From contig NZ_FNLK01000006.1 of NCBI RefSeq assembly GCF_900105015.1, forward strand, positions 30,001 to 62,000: 32,000 nucleotides of DNA, written 5' to 3'. Under the pieces are notes generated by a model, which was not told the origin of the DNA, made no database searches, and worked only from the letters and a program-made list of their open reading frames with translations. The DNA comes from Schaalia meyeri. Lineage in GTDB: Bacteria; Actinomycetota; Actinomycetes; Actinomycetales; Actinomycetaceae. Positions within the stretch are counted from its first letter, which is position 1, and each line of letters begins with the position of its first letter. The translations under genes were made by a program, and so were the position numbers. This document shows, piece by piece, positions 22,463-30,673 of this stretch.

Positions 22463-23785
22463 GTGTCCCAGAGGTACCTCTCTGTCGCCTTCGCCTACGT
22501 CGGCGTCATCGTCGGCGCGGGACTGGCCAGCGGCCAGGATCTGTTGCAGTACTTCCTGTCCTTCGGGGCGCCCGGCCTGGTGGGCATCGCGGCCCTGGGG
22601 GTGCTCAACGTCATTTTCGGCGCCGTTGCCCTGCAGCTGGGCTCCTACTACCGTTCGGGCCACCACGACGAGGTGTTCGAGCGCATTACCCACCCCGCCT
22701 TCAGGCGCATCATTGACGCGGTTCTGGTGTTCTCAGGATTCGCCATGGGATTCGTGATGCTGGCGGGCGCCGGGGCGAACCTTGAGCAGCAGTTCGGTCT
22801 GCCGGCGTGGGCGGGCAGCGCCCTGTGCGCCGCGCTGGTGATCCTCACGGCCTTCCTGGACTTCGACCGGATCATGCAGGTCATCGGCGTCTTCACCCCC
22901 ATGATCATCGGTGCCATCGCGGTCCTCACAGTCTACTCGGTGACGCGCCCGCACCCCGGCGTGTCCGAGCTGAGCGCCGTCGCGACCCGGATTACCCCGG
23001 CGCTGCCGAACCTGTGGCTGTCGACGATCAACTATTTCGCGCTGTGCGTCGTCAACGGCATCGCGATGGCCTTCGTGCTGGGCGGGTCCGTGCTGCGCAT
23101 CGGTGAGGCCAGGCGCGCGGGTCGCATCGGCGGCACGATCATTGCCCTGGTGATCGGTGCCGACGCTGTGAGCCTGTACCTGAACATGGACCGCATCTGG
23201 GACGTGGACGTGCCGGCCCTGGAGGTCGCGCGCAGCGTCCATCCGGCCTTCGCCCTGGTCTACACGCTCATCATTTTCGCGCTGATCTACAACACCGTCT
23301 TCTCCCTGTTTTACTCCACGGCGCGCCGCTTTTCCGGCGGTTCCACCTCGCGTATGCGCCTGGTGCTCACGGGCGTGGTCCTGGTCGGCTACGGGGCTTC
23401 GCTCATGGGCTTCAAGAAGCTCATCGGGGGCATGTACCCGATCATCGGTTACCTGGGCATCGCCCTCCTGGCGGTCCTGGCCTTCGGGTGGCTGCGCGAG
23501 CGGTCCTCCGTTTTGCGCGAGGAGAACCTGCGTCGCAAACTGATTCGCGTCCTGGTGCGCAAGCACGCCGACGAGCTGGAATACACCGACGAGCATCGCG
23601 CCCAGGTGCGCACTCTCGCTCGCGCCTCCGTCGTAGGCGGGGTGGAACTGCGCCGCGACGCCAGCTCGATCGCCCAGGAAATCGTCGTCACGCAAGACGA
23701 TGCCGCGGCCTACGTCAGTGCCGTGCTTCCCGTCAACGAGGCCCTGGTCGCCGAGGCGCTCGGCGCTGAGCGCGGCGAATCCTGA
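22463..23785 (+). CDS. YkvI-family polytopic membrane protein with a roughly 95-aa hydrophilic C-terminal tail
   Basis: The N-terminal signature AFAYVGVIVGAGLASGQDLLQYF resembles the YkvI GAGFASGQE motif. There are about 11 TM segments. GTG 22463 is preceded by GGAAGGA. Confidence 0.6.
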   Translation: MSQRYLSVAFAYVGVIVGAGLASGQDLLQYFLSFGAPGLVGIAALGVLNVIFGAVALQLGSYYRSGHHDEVFERITHPAFRRIIDAVLVFSGFAMGFVMLAGAGANLEQQFGLPAWAGSALCAALVILTAFLDFDRIMQVIGVFTPMIIGAIAVLTVYSVTRPHPGVSELSAVATRITPALPNLWLSTINYFALCVVNGIAMAFVLGGSVLRIGEARRAGRIGGTIIALVIGADAVSLYLNMDRIWDVDVPALEVARSVHPAFALVYTLIIFALIYNTVFSLFYSTARRFSGGSTSRMRLVLTGVVLVGYGASLMGFKKLIGGMYPIIGYLGIALLAVLAFGWLRERSSVLREENLRRKLIRVLVRKHADELEYTDEHRAQVRTLARASVVGGVELRRDASSIAQEIVVTQDDAAAYVSAVLPVNEALVAEALGAERGES

Positions 23786-24393
23786 GCGGCGCTACTCGAC
23801 GAGGCAGTGGCTGCCTCGAACTCTAAAAGCCACCGTTTGCGCCGCGCTCCGGCAGCGTAGCCGCCCGTGCCGCCGGCGGCGACGACGCGGTGGCAGGGCA
23901 GGATCAGCAGTAGGGGATTGCGTGCTACGGCCCCGCCGACCGCGCGCGGGGACGCCAGCACGCCGCCCTCGCGCAGGAGCTTCGCCAGGCGCCCGTAGGT
24001 GAGCGTGGTCCCGTATGGGATGGAACCCATGGCGGCCCAGACGCGCCGCTGAAAATCGCTTCCCCGTGGCGCGATGGGCACGCGATCCACGGTGGGATTG
24101 CGGCCCGCAAAATAGTCATCGAGCCAGAGCGCGGCGGCGTTCAGCGCGGCCGCGTCGCCTGCGCGGGCCTCTGCTCGCACATGCCCGCCGTCCTCCCCTT
24201 GACACCGGGAGCCCGGGGGTGGCATCAAGGCTGCCTCGGTCTGGCAGACGCCGTAGGGGTGGCCGAAGAATCGCTGCCCGTGCGCCCATATCCCCACGAG
24301 GGCGCCGTCGAGCGCCGCCAGGGTGATGCGCGCGATCGGAGAATCGTAGGCGGCCAGCGTCACGTTTGAACTGGCTGGGGTCGTAGTGGGCAT
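23710..24393 (-). CDS. ogt: methylated-DNA--protein-cysteine methyltransferase
   Basis: Active-site PCHRVV, FQRRVWAAMGSIPYGTTLTYGRLA and AVGGAVARNP. The ORF runs about 35 codons past the usual C-terminus and overlaps the convergent YkvI-like gene by 76 nt. Confidence 0.88.
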   Translation of the reverse strand: MPTTTPASSNVTLAAYDSPIARITLAALDGALVGIWAHGQRFFGHPYGVCQTEAALMPPPGSRCQGEDGGHVRAEARAGDAAALNAAALWLDDYFAGRNPTVDRVPIAPRGSDFQRRVWAAMGSIPYGTTLTYGRLAKLLREGGVLASPRAVGGAVARNPLLLILPCHRVVAAGGTGGYAAGARRKRWLLEFEAATASSSSAAQDSPRSAPSASATRASLTGSTALT

Positions 24394-24613
24394 GGATCCA
24401 CACTGTCACGGCGATGCGTGCCGCGCGAGTCCAGGAATCGTCCGCGCCGCAAAATGAGACGGGAACGCCGCCGGGGTCCCGCGGGAAAACACCGCTGTTC
24501 CTCTTTCCCCGGGCAACGCGATGGGAACGGGGCCGGTGGCCGGCGTCAACGGGGACGACGGCGAGGGGAGCACCGACCCGCAGGCACCGTCGAAGACCGG
24601 CACGGTCGGCGCC

Positions 24614-25186
24614 TCAGTCCGTCGTGACCCTCGAGGCGTACGCGGGGTCGCCCCCCATAGAGTTCAGCGCCTCCTCCAAGCGGGCGGGGGACACCACGCC
24701 CCCGCGGGCCAGCACCCGGTAGGTCTGGCCGGCCTCGTGGGTGATCATGTTCGTCGTCGTAAAGCCGTTGCGCTCGTAGAACGCCAGGCGGCGCACGCGC
24801 TGCTGGTAGTTCGGGGCCTCGCGCGTGACCGGTTCGATCTCGAGCAGATGGGGCACGTGCGGGTGGCGCTCGCGGATGTAGGTGAGGATGCGCGACCCGT
24901 AGCCCGCGCCGCGCGTGCGCCCGTCGATCGCCAGGAAACCCAGGAAAAACAGGTCCGGCAGGGCCAGGGAAAAAGTCAGGCCGATGACGTGGCTTGCCCC
25001 GGTCTCTTCGACGGGGAGCGCGGCGTTTGTCCACGCATCGAAGGACACCCCGGGTTTTTCGCACGCCTGGAAGAGGTCGGGGAGCGGGATGCGCTCTTCG
25101 GCCGGGAAGGAACGCTCGTAGATCTCCCGGATCCTGTCGGTGATCGGCCCCTTGACGGGCACGGGGATTGGGGCGAGGTCGGTCAT
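24614..25186 (-). CDS. GNAT family N-acetyltransferase
   Basis: The acetyl-CoA binding motif A region FLAIDGRTRGAGYGSRIL and the later RRLAFYERNGF are present. ATG 25186 (MTDLAPIP) is preferred over the 25282 start on the ORF track. Confidence 0.8.
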   Translation of the reverse strand: MTDLAPIPVPVKGPITDRIREIYERSFPAEERIPLPDLFQACEKPGVSFDAWTNAALPVEETGASHVIGLTFSLALPDLFFLGFLAIDGRTRGAGYGSRILTYIRERHPHVPHLLEIEPVTREAPNYQQRVRRLAFYERNGFTTTNMITHEAGQTYRVLARGGVVSPARLEEALNSMGGDPAYASRVTTD

Positions 25187-25397
25187 GGGACAGATTGTAC
25201 CCGTTCGCCGATGGGTCCCGGATCGCGACGGCCATGAGGCCGGGCGGTGTTTCGGGTGCTTTCCCCGGATACGGAGGGTCACATGTGGGGAACAATCAGG
25301 GTATGTTCAGGGGGTTGTTTGGTGAGAATGGTATTTTATGCGACCGCGCGTTCGGTTAGGCTGGTGTGAACAGGGAAAACGCGAGCGAGGAGGAAGC

Positions 25398-28300
25398 GTG
25401 CTTGAACTCAAGGGGATCGTCAAGGCCTATGAGACGGCAAACCTGGTGCAGGTCGCGCTCAACAGGGTCTCCGTCGCCTTCCGGGACAACGAGTTCGTGG
25501 CCGTCCTGGGGCAGTCGGGCTCGGGTAAGACCACGATGCTCAACGTCATTGGTGGCCTGGACCGTTTCCAAAGCGGTGACCTGGTTATCGATGGCATCTC
25601 CACGAAGGATTACAAGGCCCGCGACTGGGACGCCTACCGCAACAACCGAATCGGATTCGTCTTCCAGTCCTACAACCTGATCCCGCACCAGAGCGTGCTC
25701 TCCAACGTCGAACTGGCCCTGACCCTCTCGGGCGTGTCGCGTTCGGAGCGCCGCGCGCGGGCGTTGGAGGCCCTGGAGCGCGTGGGCCTGGGGGATCACG
25801 TTCATAAGAAGCCCTCGCAGCTGTCGGGCGGGCAGATGCAGCGCGTGGCCATCGCCCGGGCGCTTATCAACGACCCGGAGATCCTGCTGGCCGATGAGCC
25901 GACGGGGGCGCTGGATTCCAAGACCAGCGTCCAGGTGATGGATCTGCTGCGCGACGTGGCGCACGATCGCCTGGTCATCATGGTGACCCACAATCCCGAC
26001 CTGGCGCACCAGTACGCGACCCGAATCGTTGAGCTGGCCGACGGGGCCATCATTTCCGACTCCGCGCCCTTCGCGCCTGCCGCTCAGGACCGGCGCGTCG
26101 CCAGGGCCGTGCGACGCACGTCGATGGGGTTCCTGACGGCCCTGTCCCTGTCGTTCAACAACCTGATGACCAAGAAGGGGCGCACGCTGATGACCTCCTT
26201 CGCGGGGTCGATCGGCATCATCGGCATCGCCGCGATCCTGGCGCTGGCCAACGGGACGAACGCTTACATCGCGAAGACCGAAGAGGAGACCCTGGGCTCC
26301 TATCCTCTGACGATCCGAAAGAGCGGCCTCGACATGGCCGATGCCCTGTCGATGGGCAATAACGACGCGAAGAATACGAAGGGTGCCCCCGACGGCAAGG
26401 TCGGCATCTCTCAGATGCGCACCATCGCGGACAGCATCCGGGACGCAAAGACGAACGACCTGGCATCGCTGAAGACCTACCTGGACAATGGCGGTGGTGG
26501 AATCGACGCGATGGTGAACGGGACCGAGTACTCCTACGACGTGGTCCCGCAGATCTTTCAGTCCGACACCTCCAAGTCGACCGTCCAGGTCAGCCCCGAC
26601 CAGTCGCTGACGCAGATGGAAGCAGGCTTCGGAGCGGGCGCGTTCTCCTCCATGATGCAGACCAACGCCTTTTACCAGATGCCCGCGACGGCCTCGTTGT
26701 ATTCCTCCGCGTACGACGTGGTGGCCGGGTCGTGGCCGACTGGGCCCAACCAGATTGTCATGGTCCTGGACGCGAACGGCAACGTCCCGAACATCTTCGA
26801 ATACACGCTGGGGCTCAAGGACCACAAGGAGTTCGACGACCTGATGCGCAAGTACTACGCGGGCGCGGTCGGGTCGGGAAACACCGGCCAGTCGGGTACC
26901 CAGTCGGGCGCGGCGCAGGGGAGCGAGAGATCCTACGACTACTCGACGATCCTGAACACCACGTTCCGGCGCGTTAACGCCTTCGACAAGTACACGTGGG
27001 ACGAGAACTACCAGGTGTGGACCGATCATTCCTCTGACACGGAATACATGAAGAAGCTCGTGGAGGGCGGCCAGCAGCTGACCATCTCCGGCATCGTCAA
27101 GCCCAACTCATCGCGTGGCGGGGCGCTGCGTCAGGGGTTCGCCTACACGCCCGCCCTGACCTACCAGATCATCGAGGAGGCCGCGGCCAGCCCAATCGTC
27201 AAGGATCAGCGGGCCAAACCCGAGGTGGACGTGTTCACGGGCAAGACCTTTCAGGAGCTGGCCGATAGCTCGAAGAACCGCGGCAAAGGCTTCGACATGT
27301 CCTCCCTGTTCACCGTGGACGAAGAAAAGCTGCAGGCCGCCTTCCGGATCGACCCGTCGAAGCTCCAGATGGACCTGTCGGGCATGGACTTTTCCAGCAT
27401 GGACCTTTCCGGATTGGACTTCTCCAAGCTCGACATGTCGGGCATGGATCTGTCGAACCTGGACCTGTCGGCCCTCGCCGCGCAGTCGGGCGAGGGGCTG
27501 GACCTGTCCGACCTTAACCTCGGGGACCTGAGCAAGTACCTGCCTCAGCTGGCGAACGTTGATTTCCCGACGATCATCCGCTCGGCCCTGGCCGACGGCG
27601 CCATCAAGGAAGGGGCTGCGGAGTACCTGAGCGCCCAGGCAGCGCAGATCGCCCAGGGCTTCCAGGATTACGCGCGCCGACAGATTGAACAGGGCGGTCC
27701 GACCGACTTCCCGACCCTGGCCGCGGCGTACTTCTCCCAGCCCGAGGTGATCGAACAGCTGCGCAGGGCAATCACCTCCGACCAGGTGATAGACGCGGAA
27801 AAGCTGACGGCCAACCTGATGAAAGCGCTCGGTAACGACCCGGCGCTGTCTCGGATCGGGGCCGAGGTGTCCGCGCAGGTCATGAAGGCGATCTCCCAGC
27901 AGATCGCCGCGCGACTCGGCGCGAACCTGATCCAGGGGGTGAGCGCCGCAATCAGCCGGGTCATGCAGGAAGCCATGACGAGCGCGATGAGTGCGATGAT
28001 GACGCAGCTTTCTGGCGCCATTGGGGAACAGATGAGCAGGACCATGGAGCAATTCGCCGCGAACCTGTCCAGCGCTTTTGCGATCGACCCCGAAGCTTTG
28101 GCCCAGGCCTTTAAAGCGAACGTGGACGAGAAATCTCTGGCTGCCCTGATGGCGACCATGTTTTCCACGAACGTTCCGACCCTGGACACGAACCTGAAGA
28201 AACTCGGGTGGGCGGATATCGCGTCGCCGTCGAACATTTCGCTCTACCCGAAGTCCTTCGCGGACAAGGACGGGGTGAAGGCCGCGCTCGACGCGTACAA

Positions 28301-28799
28301 CGCCGACAACAAGGCCGCCGGCGAGACGGGCAAGGTCATCGCCTACTCCGACGTCATGGGTGCGCTCATGAGCTCGGTGACCAAGATCGTCAACATCATC
28401 TCGTGGCTGCTCATCGCCTTCGTGTCCATCTCGCTCGTGGTCTCCTCGATCATGATCGCGATCATCACCTACATCTCTGTCCTCGAACGTCGCAAAGAGA
28501 TCGGCATCCTGCGCTCGATCGGCGCCTCCAAGGGGGATGTGTCCCGCGTATTCAACGCGGAGACCGTCATCGAAGGGTTGTTGGCGGGCCTGATCGGCGT
28601 GGGCGCCACCTACGGCCTGTGCGCGATAGCCAACGCGGTTGTTTCCGCCTCCTTCCAGGTGGAGAACATCGCTCAGCTCTCGCCGCTCACGGCGCTGACG
28701 CTGATCGCCGTGTCCATCGCCCTCACCGTCGTCGCCGGCATCATCCCCGCGGCGCGGGCCTCCCGTCAGGATCCCGTCGAGGCGCTGCGCGCGGAGTGA
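25398..28799 (+). CDS. fused ABC transporter ATP-binding protein / FtsX-family permease (MacB-type) with a greatly expanded extracytoplasmic domain
   Basis: N-terminal NBD (GQSGSGKTT, LSGGQMQRVAIARAL, LLADEPTGALD). TM1 is near nt 26184-26255. About 700 aa then lack any TM segment. The C-terminal FtsX module has 3 TM segments (from about nt 28386; ERRKEIGILRSIGASKGDV). GTG 25398 is preceded by GAGGAGGA. Confidence 0.9.
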   Translation: MLELKGIVKAYETANLVQVALNRVSVAFRDNEFVAVLGQSGSGKTTMLNVIGGLDRFQSGDLVIDGISTKDYKARDWDAYRNNRIGFVFQSYNLIPHQSVLSNVELALTLSGVSRSERRARALEALERVGLGDHVHKKPSQLSGGQMQRVAIARALINDPEILLADEPTGALDSKTSVQVMDLLRDVAHDRLVIMVTHNPDLAHQYATRIVELADGAIISDSAPFAPAAQDRRVARAVRRTSMGFLTALSLSFNNLMTKKGRTLMTSFAGSIGIIGIAAILALANGTNAYIAKTEEETLGSYPLTIRKSGLDMADALSMGNNDAKNTKGAPDGKVGISQMRTIADSIRDAKTNDLASLKTYLDNGGGGIDAMVNGTEYSYDVVPQIFQSDTSKSTVQVSPDQSLTQMEAGFGAGAFSSMMQTNAFYQMPATASLYSSAYDVVAGSWPTGPNQIVMVLDANGNVPNIFEYTLGLKDHKEFDDLMRKYYAGAVGSGNTGQSGTQSGAAQGSERSYDYSTILNTTFRRVNAFDKYTWDENYQVWTDHSSDTEYMKKLVEGGQQLTISGIVKPNSSRGGALRQGFAYTPALTYQIIEEAAASPIVKDQRAKPEVDVFTGKTFQELADSSKNRGKGFDMSSLFTVDEEKLQAAFRIDPSKLQMDLSGMDFSSMDLSGLDFSKLDMSGMDLSNLDLSALAAQSGEGLDLSDLNLGDLSKYLPQLANVDFPTIIRSALADGAIKEGAAEYLSAQAAQIAQGFQDYARRQIEQGGPTDFPTLAAAYFSQPEVIEQLRRAITSDQVIDAEKLTANLMKALGNDPALSRIGAEVSAQVMKAISQQIAARLGANLIQGVSAAISRVMQEAMTSAMSAMMTQLSGAIGEQMSRTMEQFAANLSSAFAIDPEALAQAFKANVDEKSLAALMATMFSTNVPTLDTNLKKLGWADIASPSNISLYPKSFADKDGVKAALDAYNADNKAAGETGKVIAYSDVMGALMSSVTKIVNIISWLLIAFVSISLVVSSIMIAIITYISVLERRKEIGILRSIGASKGDVSRVFNAETVIEGLLAGLIGVGATYGLCAIANAVVSASFQVENIAQLSPLTALTLIAVSIALTVVAGIIPAARASRQDPVEALRAE
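27369..27473 (+). repeat. 7 tandem imperfect 15-bp in-frame repeats encoding MDLSG MDFSS MDLSG LDFSK LDMSG MDLSN LDLSA (pentapeptide-repeat-like)
   Basis: The unit (A/C)TGGA(C/T)(C/T)T(G/T)TC(G/C)NNN was read directly. A degenerate continuation GLDLSDLNLGDLSKY runs to about 27540. Confidence 0.85.
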
Positions 28800-28914
28800 G
28801 GGGCGCCGCGCCGCCGCTGAGGCGGCCGCGGATCCGACGCGCCTTCGCCGCGGCCTACGCTAGGCTGAAGGCAACGCCCTTTTATATTTATATGGCGCGA
28901 GGAAAAGAGGAATC

Positions 28915-29499
28915 ATGCCCACACCCGACAAGCTCGCCACGGACGCCACCGTCGCCATCACGCTGGCGGATGGCTTCGAAGAAGTGGAGGCCCTGGCCGT
29001 CGCCGACGTCCTGTACCGCGCCGGGGTGCGCGCAGACCTGATCTCCGTGACCGACGCGCGACACGTGACCAGCTCTCACGGCATCCGCGTGGTCGCGGAT
29101 GCCGTGCTGGGGGAGGCGGACCTGTCCGCCTACACCCTGCTGTTCCTGCCCGGTGGCATGCCGGGCACCCTGGGGCTCAAGGGCACGCCCGCGATCCGGG
29201 AGGAGGTGCTGCGTCGCGCCGACGCGGGCCAACTCATCGCGGCGATCTGCGCGGCCCCCTCCTTCCTGGCGGAACTGGGCGTCCTGGACGGGCGCCGCGC
29301 GACCGCGAACCCCGCCTTCATCGCCTCCATCGCCGCCGGTGGCGCGATCGTTAAGGAGGAGCCCGTCGTGGTCGACGGCGCGGTGATGACCAGCCGAGGC
29401 GCGGGCACCTCGCTGGAGCTGGGCCTCGAGATCGTCCGAGTGCTCGTGGGCGATAAGGCCGCCGGTGAGGTCGCCCGAGGGATCGTGCGCCCCCTCTGA
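28915..29499 (+). CDS. DJ-1/PfpI family protein (ThiJ/YajL-like)
   Basis: ADGFEEVEAL..., LPGG, and the nucleophile elbow IAAICAAP with the conserved Cys. SD AAAAGAGGA before ATG 28915. Confidence 0.85.
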   Translation: MPTPDKLATDATVAITLADGFEEVEALAVADVLYRAGVRADLISVTDARHVTSSHGIRVVADAVLGEADLSAYTLLFLPGGMPGTLGLKGTPAIREEVLRRADAGQLIAAICAAPSFLAELGVLDGRRATANPAFIASIAAGGAIVKEEPVVVDGAVMTSRGAGTSLELGLEIVRVLVGDKAAGEVARGIVRPL

Positions 29500-29543
29500 G
29501 CTGGCCAAGTCCTCGATGAGTCGCGAAAGGAAGCACAACTGGC

Positions 29544-30455
29544 ATGAGTCGGCGCAAGCCTCGTCCCTGGCCTGACGTGCCCGCGCCCCTGGCGGCGCCC
29601 GTGGTGGATAACCACACGCACCTGCCCACCCATGCCGGCGAGATCCCCAGGGCGGACGGCGTGGCGCTCAGCCTGGAGGAGCAGCTGGATCGTGCCCGCG
29701 CCGTCGGCGTGCCCTGGGTGATTTCGAGCGCGTGCGAGCTGCCGGACTTCGATCCCATGCTGACACTCGCCTGCTCCCACTCGGGGGTGCGCGTGGCGCT
29801 GGCGATTCATCCGAACGAAGCCGCCCTGCACGCCGGCTGCGCGCAGCCTTCGCCCGACGGATTGACCCCGACCGTGCGGGAACACCACGTGCCCCTCACC
29901 CAGGCGCTCGCCGCGGTGGAGGCGCGCCTTGGCGACCCGATGGTCGTGGCGGTGGGCGAGAGCGGCCTCGACTATTTCCGTACCGCGGACCCCGGGCGCG
30001 AGGCTCAGAAAGAATCCTTCCGCGCCCACATCGAGATGGCGCGGACGGCGGACCTGCCCCTGCAGATCCACGACCGCGACGCACACGAGGACACGCTGGA
30101 GATCCTGGGGAACAGTGCCGGGGCCGACCAGAGGATCGTGTTCCACTGCTTTTCGGGCGACGCCAACATGGCCACCCGCCTGGCCAGGCGCGGATGGTTC
30201 GCATCGTTTGCCGGGCCGATCACCTATCCGGCGAACGAGGACCTGCGCCGGGCCCTGGCCGCCCTGCCGCGCGAACTCGTCCTGGTTGAGACCGACGCCC
30301 CGTACCTGACGCCGGCTCCCTGGCGCGGGTGCCCCAACGCCTCCTACGTCATGGCGCACACGGTGCGTTTTATCGCGGATCAGTGGGGAGTCAGCGAGGA
30401 AGCGGCGTGCGAGCAGCTGCGGGCGAACACCCGGGCGGTCTACGGCTCCTGGTGA
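29544..30455 (+). CDS. TatD family metal-dependent hydrolase (DNase)
   Basis: VVDNHTHL, AVGESGLDY, LPLQIHDRDAHEDT, VFHCFSG and LVETDAPYLTP are the TatD metal-binding motifs. SD AAAGGAAG before ATG 29544. Confidence 0.88.
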   Translation: MSRRKPRPWPDVPAPLAAPVVDNHTHLPTHAGEIPRADGVALSLEEQLDRARAVGVPWVISSACELPDFDPMLTLACSHSGVRVALAIHPNEAALHAGCAQPSPDGLTPTVREHHVPLTQALAAVEARLGDPMVVAVGESGLDYFRTADPGREAQKESFRAHIEMARTADLPLQIHDRDAHEDTLEILGNSAGADQRIVFHCFSGDANMATRLARRGWFASFAGPITYPANEDLRRALAALPRELVLVETDAPYLTPAPWRGCPNASYVMAHTVRFIADQWGVSEEAACEQLRANTRAVYGSW

Positions 30456-30673
30456 GGGAAAAGCGCCGGTTTTCGGGCGTCGCTCAGGCGCCGGAACCCG
30501 CTCGGCGGACTTCTCCGCTCGCGTGACTTGCGTCAAAGTAGTCGCGAAACGGTAACAAATTGGTTACGGTGGATGAGTCAGTCCGATTCGGGCTACCCAT
30601 CGAACAGCGCCGCTCCCAGCCGGCGGATGGTCGGGTGCGGCCTCGAAGCGGAACCTACAAGGTCTGGAGACCC

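Noticed and set aside
25356-27029. 557-codon minus-strand ORF, plus the 27108-28052 and 27668-28237 minus ORFs, antisense to the ABC fusion gene
   Set aside because: Same reasoning. The plus-strand frame carries Walker A and B, the ABC signature and FtsX motifs, and the antisense translations are Arg/Gly/Val/His-rich with no family resemblance.
30456-30673. ydaO (cyclic-di-AMP) riboswitch in front of rpfB
   Set aside because: I could not find the paired conserved blocks (GGGGACCCA / GGGGUGAAUC / CCGAAUCC-type segments) by eye. It needs an Infernal scan before any claim.
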